Of a stretch of DNA of 64,000 bases, positions 37,063-50,957 are shown piece after piece; position 1 is the stretch's first letter; the number at the start of each line of letters is the position of its first letter. A program made the translations under genes and the position numbers. Under the pieces are notes generated by a model. That model made no database searches. It was not told the DNA's origin and worked only from the letters and a program-made list of their open reading frames with translations. Source of the DNA: Dendrobates tinctorius (Eukaryota); assembly GCF_039654945.1 (NCBI RefSeq), contig NW_027361707.1:4092001-4156000 (forward strand), written 5' to 3'.

Positions 37063-37267
37063 TTACAGATAGTGACTTACCGCTGACGTTCTTTCTGATG
37101 GAATCATTCACTTTTCACGCCTTTGCCATCAGGCCCAGACCGACATGACGACTCCTCCAGCCAGGACTTGACTACAGAGAATACAACAAAGGCACATTTC
37201 ACATCTCACATTTTCAGCACTGTCCGAAACGGGACTATTCCCAACCTGCACAAACTCCTCATCCTGC

Positions 37268-37630
37268 TGATACCCCAATACTGAGCCGCTGCTGCCGTAT
37301 GTGTCCCTATTACTGCACCTGATACCCCAATGCTGAGCCGCTGCTGCCGTATGTGTCCCTATTACTTCACCTGATACCCCAATACTGAGCCGCTGCTGCC
37401 GTATGTGTCCCTATTACTGCACCTGATACCCCAATGCTGAGCCGCTGCTGCCGTATGTGTCCCTATTACTGCACCTGATACCCCAATGCTGAGCCGCTGC
37501 TGCCGTGTGTCCCTATTACTGCACCTGATACCCCAATGCTGAGCCGCTGCTGCCGTATGTGTCCCTATTACTGCACCTGATACCCCAATGCTGAGCCGCT
37601 GCTGCCGTATGTGTCCCTATTACTTCACCT
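37268..37630. repeat. 46-bp minisatellite (~8 copies)
   Basis: CTGATACCCCAATGCTGAGCCGCTGCTGCCGTATGTGTCCCTATTACTGCAC-type units. Confidence 0.9.
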
Positions 37631-37678
37631 ATTGTGTGGTTCTGTGTGACCTCTAAATTCTAAAGCAACCCTCTAGAA

Positions 37679-40343
37679 CAGGGGTCCACAACATATAGCT
37701 CGGGAGCCACATGTGGCTCGTGGTCCCATGAATTGGGGCTCGCAACTGTCTGCCAGCTTGGTGCATTAACTCCAGGTCTAGCAAACAGGTATGAAGAGTA
37801 CATCTCGAAATGGTGAATTTTGTGAGTAGCCCTACACAGAAGAGCAGATCTGGATGCACATATACTGCTCTTATTATTAATATGCATTTATATAGCGCCA
37901 ATTATTCCATGGCGCTTTACATGTGAATAGGGGAAATATAGACAAGTATAATAAACATGTGTAAGACAAGGGACACACAAGTACATAAGGAGAGGGGACC
38001 CGGCCCGTGAGGGCTTACAGTCTACAGGGATGGGTGAGGATACAGTAGGAGAGGGTAGAGCAGGTCGTGCGGTGGTTCAGTAGGCTGAGGATCGCTGCAG
38101 GTTGTAGGCTTGTCGGAACAGGTGGGTCTTCAGGTTCTTCTTGAAGGTTTCCATTGATGGTGAGAGTCTGATGTGTTGGGGCAGAGAGTTCCAGAGTATG
38201 GGGGAAGCACAGGAGAAGACTTGTATGCGGTTGTGGGAAGAAGAGATAAGGGGAGAGTGGAGAAGGAGATCTTGAGAGGATTGAAGGTTGTGTGGCGCCC
38301 CTGAGGGTTCAGTCGCCACAGAGGTACTGCACCTCCTCCTGAGGTGTGGTACCCCACCATTCAGGTAAGGTGGAGACACCTGACCACACTCCAACACCTG
38401 CATCCCACACAGCATAGTAGTGTAGCAAAGCACCCTTTGATAGCTCCCTGCTTGGAACACGAAGCGTGCTGGGAGGCGGGTGGAGTTTAGTTTGCACTCA
38501 AAAGAGTGGGAAGGGAGTAGAATTTGGTTAGTTGATCACAGGAGTCTGACGAGGTCAGTCTGTGAAAGAAGATCCCAGGAGTGGTTTGGATGAAGGAAGT
38601 GATGCAGCCGACCTCAGTGATCTGGGTCCGCTGGCACAGGAAAGGAACTTCGATAGAAAGCCTGACTCTCCATAAGAAGGAAAAGGATTAGTATGGAACG
38701 TGAGGAGAATAAGAGAACAAGGACCAGGGTTAGAGGAGAACCCTTCCCAAGTTCTAAGTGCAAGGCCAGGGTCTGGTCCCCAAGGTTGTACGGACACTAA
38801 TGGTCCTGCAGCAGACACCGGAGGAATAGAAGTTGTCACCACTTTATTCCCACACAAGACTTGGGGGCACAACAGCAACGAGAGTGAGCCGGGACTAGGT
38901 AGAAGGAGTCCCCGAAGCAGGCTACAGCTGTCTGCCGTACAAGTAGAGTTCATAGGAACATCTGACAGGAGGAACTCCAGTGTAACTCAGTACTGTGAGT
39001 ACTTCACTAAAAGGCGCTAAGAGGGAGACGTTCAGAAAAGGCACATATGTGGCGGAGTGTTGGAAAGGAGTACTTCATCTTGCCTGGAAGATGGCTTAGC
39101 TCCTGACCTGGAGGACACGGCACGGATGCGGGCTCTTGTGCCACAACAGACTGTGAGTAAAGCTTTGGAACTACATGCCCTGGTGTCCACTTATTCCTGC
39201 GTCAACCTGCCCGGCACTGCTACATTCCCTGCGCCCGACACTACACCATCTACGTGTCACTTCACCTACTCTGCCCTGGGACTACAGCCCTGCCTGTGGA
39301 GGGCTATAACATCATTGCTGCACCCCACCATCTGTCCCAGAGGATCTGTCTGCAGCGTCGGCTTAACACCTTCATTGCCGAACATCACAGGTGGCGTCAC
39401 GAATCACTCATAAACTTTCATCACCATAAGCACACTGAACATTCCCCTTTTACATTGGGCGCCAAGGGCCACGGGCCGGGTCCCAGCTGCCGTGACATGT
39501 CCCATTGAAGGTCATCGGGCCTGGTACCGAGTACCCCGTTTCCCTGGGAGGGCGACCCAGTTGCGTGCGGGTAGGTACCTGGAGACCATGTCACAGATGT
39601 ATGGAGGAGACAGGTTGTAGATGGCTTTGTATGTCATGGTTTGGGTTTTGAAATGGAGCCTCTGGGCAATAGGAAGCCAGTGAAGGGCCTGGCATAGTGG
39701 GGAGGCTTGGGAATAGCGGGGAGACAGGTGGATTAGTCAGGCAGCAGAGTGTAGGATGGACTGGAGCGGAGCCAGAGTGCTAGAGGGGAGGCCAGAGAGT
39801 AGGAGGTTGCAGTAGTCGAGGCGGGAGATAATAAGAGCATGCACTAGTGTTTTTGTGGATTCGTGGTTCAGGAATGCACGGATCCGGGAAATATTTTTGA
39901 GTCTGATGCGGCAGGAGGAGGCGAGGGCTTGGATATGTGGTTTGAAAGAGAGCACAGAGTCGAGGTGTTGGAGAGTTTAGAGATGTTTTAGGTATGGTAC
40001 GCTGGAGGATAGTACTACCTGTTAGAGGAGGTGCACAAAGCTGGATGTGACAGTGTGTTGGGAGTCCTTGATGGGAGAATACTGAATGGGGGTATTGTAG
40101 GAACCCCTGGTTCTCAGTGTACTGCTTTGGGGTGATTTCTGTGGAAAAGCTTTGGTTACCATTATACCTGTAATAGGGGCTTTGGTTGACACTACTTTGA
40201 AGAGGGTGGGAGCTAGATGTGGCTCGCGACCCTCTCTCAGTGCTGAATGTGGCTCGCGATCCTTTCTCAGTGCTGAATGTGGCTCGCGACCCTCTCTCAG
40301 TGCTGAATGTAGCTCTTAAAGTCAGAAAGGTTGAGGACCACTG
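37679..40343. mobile_element. hAT-type element hosting an L2 fragment (~37870-39965, minus strand) that in turn hosts a solo LTR
   Basis: CAGGGGTCCACAAC...GTTGAGGACCACTG with near-TSD CTCTAGAA/CTCCTAGA; L2 RT C-terminal peptides HALIISRLDYCNLLL and LWNSLP..LKTHLF. Confidence 0.7.
38291..39559. mobile_element. Solo LTR (Gypsy-like)
   Basis: TG...CA ends (TGTGGCGCCC...GGGCGACCCA); 4-bp TSD GTTG; interrupts continuous L2 sequence. Confidence 0.8.
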
Positions 40344-40669
40344 CTCCTAGAATATAGTAATGCTGGGTGCAAGAACCCTAGAAAACGGCCCACATTTTGC
40401 CCCTAGAAAGTAATATTGCCCTGTGTGCCCCTTTGACAGTTTACATTTAATAATGTCTCAAGTCTCCCCCCTGTACAGCTCCCCTATACACAATATGATG
40501 CCCCCTCACTGTATAGTACTACCCACACAGTATACAGACCCCTTAGTAGCCCCCAAACTATTAAATGGCTCCCTCACTGTAATCTCCACACTGTATGATG
40601 GCTCCCTAGATAGCCTCAATGTAGTATAATGCACTGAATAGTGCTCAATATAGTATAATGCACTCCGCA

Positions 40670-42080
40670 TAGGCAGACTCTATATAGTATACTGCACCCC
40701 CATACGCAGACGCTATATAGCATAATGCAACCTCACAGGCAGACTCTATATAGTATACTGCACCCCCATACGCAGACGCTATATAGCATAATGCAACCTC
40801 ACAGGCAGACCAGGCAGACTCTATATTGTATAATGCAGCCCAATAGGCAGACTCTATATAGTATACTGCACCCCCATAAGCAGAGTCTATATTGTATAAT
40901 ACACTCCCCATAGGCAAACTCTATATAACACAATGCAACCTCACAGGCAGACTCTATATAGTATAATGCACCCCCCATAGGCAGACTCTATATAGTATAC
41001 TGCACCCCCATAAGCAGAGTCTATATTGTATAATACACTCCCCATAGGCAAACTCTATATAACACAATGCAACCTCACAGGCAGACTCTATATAGTATAA
41101 TGCACCCCCCATAGGCAGACTCTATATAGTATACTGCACCCCCATAAGCAGAGTCTATATTGTATAATACACTCCCCATAGGCAAACTCTATATAACACA
41201 ATGCAACCTCACAGGCAGACTCTATATAGTATAATGCACCCCCCATAGGCAGACTCTATATAGTATACTGCACCCCCATAAGCAGACTCTATATTTTATA
41301 ATGCACCCCCATACGCAGACTCTATATAGCATAATGCAACCTCACAGGCAGACCAGGCAGACTCTATATTGTATAATGCAGCCCCATAGGCAGACTCTAT
41401 ATAGTATACTGCACCCCCATAAGCAGAGTCTATATTGTATAATGCACTCCCCATAGGCAGACTCTATATAGCATAATGCAACCTCACAGGCAGACTCTAT
41501 ATTGTATAATGCACCCCCCATAGGCAGACTCTATATAGTATACTGCACCCCCATAAGCAGACTCTATATTGTATAATACACTCCCCATATGCAGACTCTA
41601 TATAGTATACTGCACCCCCATAGGCAGACTCTATATAGCATAATGCAACCTCACAGGCAGACTCTATATTGTATAATGCACCCCCCCATAGGCATACTCT
41701 ATATAGTATACTGCACCCCCATTAGCAGACTCTATATTGTATAATGCACTCCCCATAGGCAGACTCTATATAGTATACTGCACCCCCATAGGCAGACTCT
41801 ATATAGCATAGTGCAACCTCACAGGCAGACTGTATATTGTATAATGCACCCCCTTAGGCAGACTCTATATTGTATAATGCACCCCCATAGGCAGACTCTA
41901 TATTGTATAATGCACCCACATACGCAGACTCTATATTGTATAATGCACCCCCATAGGCAGACTCTATATTGTATAATGCACTCCCGTAAGGCAGCCTCTA
42001 TACTATAGCATAATGCACCCCTCATAGGCAGACTATATAGTATAATGCACCCCCATAGGCAGACTATACTGTATATAGTA
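40670..42080. repeat. ~36-bp minisatellite with trimeric higher-order structure
   Basis: GGCAGACTCTATATAGTATAATGCACCCCCATA variants. Confidence 0.95.
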
Positions 42081-42089
42081 TAGTATAGG

Positions 42090-42858
42090 TCTGGTGAACT
42101 CCCTATTCTGGTAAAGGAAGGTAGTGAGCCTGATTTTCAGGCACCTGAGCCTAATGATGATGACTGGCTGAGTGGAGTCACTGACTGGATATAAGGCTGC
42201 CGACACCCTTCTGCCCTGCGGGTGATTTCTCTGTGGACTTCTAGGACACCAGTCTGATTCCTGCTCCTCTAAAGCTAAGTTTTCTGCTTTGCCTTTTTGC
42301 ATTTGTGTTTTGTTTTTGTTTGCCTTGCTTTTCTGGATTCTGCCATTCCCTGCTGGGGTGAGCTGAATCTCCTTTTGCCGGTTGCTCTGTCTTCAGAATA
42401 TTCCTGAGTACTGACATAGTCTTTTTGAAGCCTAGCGTCTTCAGGGCCTTTTTCACTGTCAGTCTGTTGGCTCTTATTTTCATAGGGTTTTTCACGGATT
42501 GCAGACAGCAGCCTTCCTGTCCTTTCCTATATAGTTAGCTTGGGCCCCGTCTTTGCTCAGTCTATCTTTCTGTCTGTGTTGTGTTCTTTCTTCTTGCTTC
42601 GCCGTCATTATATGTGGGGGGCTGCCTTTTGCTTTGGGGTCTGCTCTGGGGCAGTTTAGATTTCCCTTTCTGTCTTTAGGCTATCTAGTCCTCCGGCTGT
42701 GATCGAGGGGTCTAGGGCATCGTAGGAACCCCCCACGGCTTCTGCTAGTTGTGTTGATAGGTTCAGGGGTCTGCAATCCGATAGCTGCCAACCTCTCTGG
42801 TTTTCTGGACTTAGCTTGCATTTCTGTTTTTGCCTCCTACGGTGACTCAATCATAACA
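42090..42858. mobile_element. Possible solo-LTR remnant
   Basis: TATA-like GATATAAG, pyrimidine-rich body, ends ...CATAACA; the 5' end and TSD are not resolved. Confidence 0.35.
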
Positions 42859-43879
42859 GGATGGGGCAGGAGGAGGGAATGGGATGGGGAGGAGGGAATG
42901 GAACAGGGGTGAGGGAGGGGTAAATTGGACATGGGTGGGGGAGGGGGAATCAGACTGGGGAGGGAATGTGTCGGAGTTGGGGGAAGGGGATGCGGATGGG
43001 GTAAGGAGTGGGACGAGGGGAGGAGGGAATGGGATGGGGGTGGGGGAGGGAATGGGACTGTGGGAATGAGGGTATGGGAGGGAGTGGGGCAGGAGGAGGG
43101 GGAATGAGGCAGGGTGGGTGAGGGGGTAGTGGGATGGAGGTGGGTGAATTCCTATGAAGAAGCTCTTTTATTAGGCTGTTTCGATATCTGGAAGAATGAT
43201 TGTGTGGTGAAGAAGATGTGAGCCTGCTGTCAGTCCTGTGTCCTGCATTGCACTGTGGCAAAATTGCTGCTTTTGTAATCAGTTCTACACACAATTTTTT
43301 TTCTTTTTTTAAATAAAAGGTGTCGCACGGACCCAAAATAATTAAAGCTACAACTCAACCCCCTGAAAATAACAACCAATTCTATTGACAGAAGAATACA
43401 TTAGGGCTCACAGATTACGGCCACTGAAGACAATTTTTTTTTAAATTTTTTAGGTAGTAAAAAAGTGTGGAAAAACATGTAACTCTGGAAAGACGACGGC
43501 GGCCGCCCCATCAGACAACTGACCGGGCCTGCTGCTCCACCACAAGGGGGCACTGTACAAAGCCCAGGACATAGGACTAAAATTAGTGTTTTTTTACACT
43601 TTCACCCCACTGGGATTTTTCCCTCCTTTCAGCACATTGTATTTCCAAAATGAATGACGTCAGGAAACCAGGTGTGCTGAGGCATGGAGGAAAAATGTGA
43701 AACACGGCTTCGAGGGGTTAATGACCACGTGACACTAGCTGATCTTGCTTGCACTGCTTTGCCCTATGACCTCAGAATGGTGGGCAGTGATTATATCGCG
43801 ACAGTACAGTCCCGTGACCGTAAAGCGCTTTTTGCGTCAGCTGTACATATCAACCTTGTTGTCAAGGTGACGTCATTAC

Positions 43880-44147
43880 AGACCTACAGCTCTCTGGCCG
43901 TGCAGCACGCATGCGCTGAATTCTACGCGCGCTCCCGAGTCAGCGACTGCGCCCACGTCGGCAGAAGCGCTTTCCTGACCTCTGATTGGTGGGTTCGTAT
44001 TTGCGTCATGACACTGCCACCTTTCCTGGCTTCTGATTGGTCACATCCCGCGAACTGTCGAAATTCAAATAGACTCTGCAGCAGTTCGGTGTACGGTGGA
44101 GGAGAGCGAGACGAGGGGTTAAATAGCGGCACCGACCAACGCAGCAG
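43880..44147 (+). promoter_or_regulatory. TACC3: TACC3 promoter and non-coding exon 1 (donor CAG|GTAACG at 44147)
   Basis: CpG-rich; two CTGATTGG (NF-Y) boxes, E2F/CDE-like TCCCGCG, CHR TTCAAA, NRF1-like GCATGCGC; the G2/M promoter architecture expected for TACC3. Confidence 0.7.
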
Positions 44148-44319
44148 GTAACGGGCGCCGGAGAGGACGTGGTGCTGAGTGACCGCTGGTACTGGAGCAG
44201 GATGGTCGGTGTGAGAGCGGCACATGGGGCGTGAATGTGTGGCCGCGTTATGTCGTAGTATTGCGGGGTCCTGAGTCCCACTACGTCACTTCTATGGACG
44301 GGATACATCCTGTTACTGT

Positions 44320-45655
44320 GCTATACGCCAGAGCTGCACTCACTATTCTGCTGGTGCAGTCACTGTGTACATACATTACATTACTGATCCTGAGTTACAT
44401 CCTGTATTATACCCCAGAGCTGCACTCACTATTCTGCTGGTGCAGTCACTGTGTACATACATTACATTACTGATCCTGAGTTACCTCCTGTATTATACGC
44501 CAGAGCTGCACTCACTATTCTGCTGGTGCAGTCACTGTGTACATACATTACATTACTGATCTTGAGTTACATCCTGTATTATACTCCAGAGCTGCACTCA
44601 CTATTCTGCTGGTGCAGTCACTGTGTACATACATTACATTACTGATCCTGAGTTACCTCCTGTATTATACTCCAGAGCTGCACTCACTATTCTGCTGGTG
44701 CAGTCACTGTGTACATACATTACATTACTGATCCTGAGTTACCTCCTGTATTATACCCCAGAGCTGAACTCACTATTCTGCTGGTGCAGTCACTGTGTAC
44801 ATACATTACATTACTGATCATGGGTTACATCCTGTATTATACGCCAGAGCTGTACTCACTATTCTGCTGGTGCAGTCACTGTGTACATACATTACATTAC
44901 TGATCCTGAGTTACCTCCTGTATTATACTCCAGAGCTGCACTCACTATTCTGCTGGTGCAGTCACTGTGTACATACATTACATTACTGATCCTGAGTTAC
45001 CTCCTGTATTATACCCCAGAGCTGCACTCACTATTCTGCTGGTGCAGTCACTGTGTACATACATTACATTACTGATCCTGAGTTACCTCCTGTATTATAC
45101 CCCAGAGCTGCACTCACTATTCTGCAGGTGCAGTCACTGTACGTACATTACTGATCCTGAGTTACATCCTGTATTATACTCCAGAGCTGCACTCACTATT
45201 CTGCTGGTGCAGTCACTGTGTACATACATTACATTACTGATCCTGAGTTACATTCTGTATTATACCCCAGAGCTGCACTCACTATTCTGCTGGTGCAGTC
45301 ACTGTGTACATACATTACATTACTGATCCTGAGTTGCATCCTGTATTATACTCCAGAGCTGCACTCACTATTCTGCTGGTGGAGTCCTGGTGTACATACA
45401 TTACATTACTGATCCTGAGTTACATTCTGTATTATACCCCAGAGCTGCACTCACTATTCTGCTGGTGCAGTCACTGTGTACATACATTACTGATCCTGAG
45501 TTGCATCCTGTATTATACTCCAGAGCTGCACTCACTATTCTGCTGGTGCAGTCACTGTGTACATACATTACTGATCCTGAGTTACATCCTGTATTATACT
45601 CCAGAGCTGCACTCACTATTCTGCTGGTGGAGTCCTGGTGTACATACATTGCATT
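44320..45655. repeat. 86-bp satellite (~15 copies) in TACC3 intron 1
   Basis: AGAGCTGCACTCACTATTCTGCTGGTGCAGTCACTGTGTACATACATTACATTACTGATCCTGAGTTACATCCTGTATTATACTCC; the ORF track repeats every 86 nt. Confidence 0.95.
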
Positions 45656-46219
45656 ACTTGTTTGTTTGTACATATGGGAATTATTTTGGGGACCCCCTGC
45701 CCTTTATTTAATAAAAAAAAAAAAAATGACTGTTTTCAAGGCCCCATGTGTGCATATTTTTAAATTGGTAACCCAGGTTCTCTCTGCTTTGTGGCAGGTA
45801 TTGTGCAGACCTCCTATTTTTAACTACTTCCCATTTGCCCATAGATGATTGATGTCTGGGCGGACCACACGTTAATCTGTATTGACTTTCTAAAAAGTCA
45901 CTTCATAGTAGAGCAGCTGCCATTATGGAGCTGTAGGAGCGGGGAGCCGGCTGTCAGACAGAGATAGTTTGTTACCGACTCTTCCTGATCGCTGTGTGTA
46001 CAGAATAGGCAGTGCTGACAGCGCTTCCTCTTACAGTCCCAGCGGTCATGTGATCACTGGGTTTAAGGAAGGAGCTGGAACTGCTGTGTTCTGGGAAATC
46101 CGGTCAGCTGTTATGTAGGCAGAAGGGTGAGTTTCCACTGTAACTGGGGATAATATACCAGCCCCAGTTACAGGGGAAATCGGATGAAAAAAAACAATAT
46201 ATAATATACTATCTTCTGC

Positions 46220-49200
46220 TTCTTTGGGGGGACACAAAGTACCATGGGATGGTCTGCTGCCACCTGGAGGCTGACACTATTATTACATTCTAAATGAGAA
46301 GTGGCTCCTTCCTAGCAGACTATACCTCGCCTGCTAGCCTCCGGCTCCCTTAGTTTTGTCTAGTGTCAGTGGCAAGGTTGGTGTCAGACCTGCCTTATTC
46401 GTTAGCCGTTTTGTTTTCAGCTGGATTGTGTTCAGGGTAACGGGGTGTAATTGCGTGCTCTGTTTCGCCCACGTTTGCATGCATCTTGCTGTATCAATGA
46501 CATTTTTATGGTGATCCCTTTGTATGCGAACTTGCTTCGGTAGTAGTTGATTACGGTATTCTTTTGGTTGCTCCCTATACCATTGGTTGGTGCCCACCAT
46601 AACACTTAAACCTATTTCACCCACGTGGTGATGGAGTGCAGGCTGTAATTGTGCAGTCAGTATCCTCTCGTCAGTATGGCTGAACTAGAGTACCTTGACA
46701 CTCAGTGGTTGGGTATGGAGTGGTGGCCCATAAGCCAACGCCTGCCTGTGCACCCCACATAGTGCGCGTGTTTAGCATGGAGCAGAACATTGGATTTAGT
46801 ATCTTCGGGACAGGTGAGTATAGCCCTGTTGTGACTGTTTGACCCGTCCTCGTAGACCACCTCTTCCCCACCCCCTTCCTCACTTTTTTCACCTCCTCTG
46901 CTTATGGTAGGTCCAGCGTGGAGAGACTCGGGCCTGTGATGTCTGGTTGCTGGGTCCTGTTAACATGTTGGAGTTCTGTGCTGCCGAGTGCACCATGCTG
47001 TTTCGGTCTGCCCTTCATACAGTATATCGCCGCCTACTCTTTGTTGAGGTGGTCCGATTACCTGGGCTAGGTGGAGTGGACCGCCTGGCGCTGGTTGCCC
47101 TGGTGTAGCGGTTGCTTTACCTCATCCTCTAAGTCAGGGTTTCCCAACTCCAGTCCTCAAGGCCCACCAACAGATCATGTTTTCAGGATTTCCTTAGTAT
47201 TGCTCAGGTGATAATTGCTTCACCTGTGCAATACAAAGGAAATCCTGAAAACATGATCTGTTGGTGTGCCTTGAGGACTGGAGTTGGGAAACCCTGCTCT
47301 AAGTCTCCCTCTCTGGAAGAAGTCAAAGATCTTTCGTTTCGACCCCTGTTAGGAAGTACCCGTCCCTCAATGCTCGGACTCTAGTTCCAGCTTAGAGCTT
47401 GTTAGGCCACACGTTCAGTGTTTTACCTCAGTGTTTGTGAGCCAAATCCTGGAGTGGAACGGTCAGAAGAAGGTGAGGGAGATGGTGGAAAGTCTGGTGT
47501 CTGCTCTTGACTCCTCTCTAGAAGTGATGTCAGATGACCCCTGTCCTCCACTGAATCACCCTGCTTCCCCAGGTCAGGCCCAGCCGTCCATTTTGAAGAC
47601 TGGGGCTTTGCATTTCCGCCTGTCATCAGTTTCCATTACCGGTGGATATACTCCCTCCGTGAGCTCCCTCTCTTTGAGTGGTAAGCCCTCCAGAGGCAGA
47701 GGATTTTTCCATCTGATGGGCAGCCCCCCCACTCAGGGATTCTTCCTGGTTGGGTGGCTGCCTCCTTTTCAGGGAGGCATGGCTGGGAGCAGTCAGCGTC
47801 TTATGGGTCATAGAGGTAGTCTCTTTTGGCTACAGGATAGTTTGTCAATTTTTTTTGTGAGATTTTTTTTTTTTTTTTTCGGATCTCGTTTCTCCATTAT
47901 AAGAGCCAGTTTTAATCAAGCCATAGCATCCCTGATTCAAGCAGGAGTATTCATGAGGGTTCCTTCTTCAGAGGGTTCTAGCTTTCTGACTCATCACCGA
48001 TTTATTCACTTTACAGAATCTGGAGAGTTTGCAGATTGTCTTGATTCCCTGGAACATTTCAGATGGGACATCAACAGGGCAAATGCTGTGATAATTCCAA
48101 TACAGCGGGTTTGCTTTCTTGGGATCATATTCAATGCAGTTCAAGTGTCGCTCTTCTTTCCAGAGGAGAGAAGACTAGCACTGCAATCCTCTGTCCAAAT
48201 TCTGAAGTAGCCAGAGAGACATGCTCTCTGGTTTTACATGAGTCTTGGGGAAGATGGTAGCAATGTTCACGGCAGTCCCGTTTGCACAATTTAATTCAAG
48301 GCCTTTACAGAACACACTGTTGGCCTGTTAGGACTGGTCGATACAATCTCTAGACCGTCCAGTCCTCCTTCCACTTTGCTGACACCAGTTTCTCAGGTGG
48401 TGGTTGATGTTGAGCCTATTAATCCAGGGTTGCTCCTTCCGCCCCACCCAGTGGCCGATTCTGACCACGGATGTCAGCCTTATCGGATGGCTGGGCCATC
48501 TTCCTTCACTTGTTAGATCCTGGAACAGTCAGGATAGACTCCTTCCAATCAATGTATTTGAGCTCAGAGCCATCTGTCTGGCTCTTCTACATTGGCAACA
48601 CCTGGTTCTTGGATTGCCCATCAGGATTCAGTCAGACAATGCCACGGCAGTGGCCTACATGAACAGTCAAGGAGCGATGTGGAGTCTATTTGCTATTTCA
48701 GAGGTGACAGATGCTGAAATGGGCAGAGGACAAGATTCGTCTGATCTTGGCGATTCATATACCTGGAGTGGACAACTGGGCAGCAGGTTTCTTGAGCCAC
48801 AAGGACCTAGATGCAGGAGGATGGGCTCTTCTCCCAGTGGTTTTAGAGCAGATTTGTTGTCAGTGGGGGTGCACCAGATGTGGACCTGTTGGCAAAAGGG
48901 TAAACCACAAGGTACAAAGATTTGCCGTAAGAACTTGGGATCCTCAGGCAGTTGCAGCTGACACATTGGTAATTCCCTTGTCTCAGATCTTGGAGGCCCT
49001 TCAGGCTCCACTTTTGGAACCCCTCAGACTTCTGCACTTCATCTTGCTTATAAAGTAGCTTTCCTTATAGCCATCACAACTGTTTGGAGAGTATCGGCTC
49101 TTGCAGTTTTCTTGTCAAGTTCCTTACCTTTCAGCATCAGATAAGGGTGGTTTTGGCTTTTCACCGTAACGAGGACATGGTCTTGCCTTCATTTTGCCCT

Positions 49201-49790
49201 ACACTTTCTCATCAGTTCGAGAAGGCTTTGCATAACTGAAATGCCACTGTACAGCCCTGACATCTATCAACCATTGCCCCATTTAGGTCTGATTCCTTGT
49301 TTTTCACACCAGAAGGTCCTCGTAGGGGACTGGCCACCTCTAAGATAACTATTGCTCCCTGGATTAGAACTGTCACCATTCAGGTCTAGAAGGCGAAGGC
49401 CAGGCTGACTCCACTTGGGGTTAAGGCACACTCTACACGGTCGGTGGACGTTTTGCCACCAGTTATCAGTTCTGCAACTCTGTAAAGCAGCTACTTGGTC
49501 CTCAGTACATAATTTCTCCAAGTTTTACAGGATCCACACCTTTGCTTAATTATGAAAATCTTCCTTCCAAGACTTGCATCCAGACTGCAGTTGCTCAGTC
49601 TTCTGACTGAGCCAACAGTGGAGAATTTGGTAGTAACAGTAGATTATTCATTTTTTCCTCCCCTGGGATAACTTTAGGACTTTCCATGGTTCTGTCTCCC
49701 AATAAAGCTGCCGAGAAATTAAGATTTTTGGGACTAATCATTAAAAATGTTTGATAGTGGTCTTCATTGGTGGACACGGCACAAACACTT
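46220..49790 (+). mobile_element. Old, degenerate DIRS1-like tyrosine-recombinase retrotransposon
   Basis: RNase H remnants LTTDVSLIGW, INVFELRAI, IQSDNATAVAY, HIPGVDN; YR remnants (APLLEPL, AHSTR-like); ends approximate. Confidence 0.75.
47135..47296. mobile_element. Palindromic hAT MITE inside the old DIRS
   Basis: CAGGGTTTCCCAACTCCAGTCCTCAAG...CTTGAGGACTGGAGTTGGGAAACCCTG; TSD CTCTAAGT. Confidence 0.9.
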
Positions 49791-50795
49791 AGTTTCCCAC
49801 TTGCGCATGCGTTTTTGTTGTTTTCCCCTCTCAGGTGTAATTGGATTTTTCTTTGTTTTTAGATCAGTGGTATTTAAAGTGTTTTAGTGGTCATTTTAGA
49901 ATAAGTCATGTATTTCTGTTTTTAGCAAAAAAAAAGATTACATAAAAATTGGTGCCCTACTTATCGTGAAACGCCGCAATAATTATTTTAACGTGAGAAA
50001 AAGATCGCTTTCTAAACTGCATGAGCAAAAAGTGTGCGTGGTCCAGAACAGGCGTAAATGGCCCAGTCATATGCAGACAGCCCATGTCACCTGCTGATGC
50101 TGCAGCGATCTGCTGGGTAAGTGATCGCATATCCTAGAGAAATCATCACTTGCTGACATGGATGGGTCCCTCTCCATAGCAAGCCGGGTCATTTAGGAGT
50201 CGGGATGCCATGGTCCGGTGCTGTGGTACTTTCCTTTATCTGAATGGAGGTAATGCCATCATGGTATCCCAAGTCACGGAGCTGCCGGGGGAAATCTGGT
50301 GTAGCGGCTTCCCCCATGTGACCAATATAATGAGTTACTGCACAGCGCCACCTAGTGGACAAAGCCATCAGAAATGCCAGATGTGGAAAATGTCACCCCT
50401 GTGAGGTTTTTTTGTTTTTTTTTCCCCATGACATCTGCTTGAGGTATAGGCCGTTTGATTTGTTCTTCATTACTAGTTTTAAAAGGATTGTAAACTAATA
50501 ATGGATTACTTATGCTTACGGGACGCCTGCCGCTTCTCCATACAGCTTGGGTCATCCACAAGTATCCTGGCTTCCTCTTCTGGTGGAGGGTGACCGCTGC
50601 AGCCACTGACTGTCAGCACCGGTCATGTTTCATCTCAGCCAGAAAAGTCTCCTCAGCTAGAGGAAGCCAGGTGACCTTCATGGGAGGGGGCACTGGCAGC
50701 AGGACAGGGCAGTGACGGGGGGTCCGGTAGGTGACTGTTTTGCCGTCGGCCTTCTCGCCTCTGCTTCTCACCCCGTTCCTTTGTTTCCTTGTAGG

Positions 50796-50957
50796 ATGAG
50801 TCTGCAGATATTGAACGATGAGAATTTCGGGTGCGACATAGCAGCAGAGCCGTGCGACTTCCTGTTCACCCCTCCTCCTGGCACCGGCCGCCCCTCCATC
50901 CTGCGTCCTTCACAGAGGGATAATCTGCCTCCGAAGTGCGCGGTGAAGGGCATGAAG
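50796..50957 (+). CDS. TACC3: TACC3/Maskin first coding exon
   Basis: [38 protein letters not shown], matching the TACC3 N-terminus; acceptor GTAG and donor GTATCT. Confidence 0.95.

Noticed and set aside
44231-45848. Series of 64-aa ORFs with Cys/His motifs
   Set aside because: Translations of an 86-bp satellite, not zinc-finger exons
47431-48210. 259-aa ORF in TACC3 intron 1
   Set aside because: Lies within the decayed DIRS and crosses frames of the original genes; no host-gene similarity recognised
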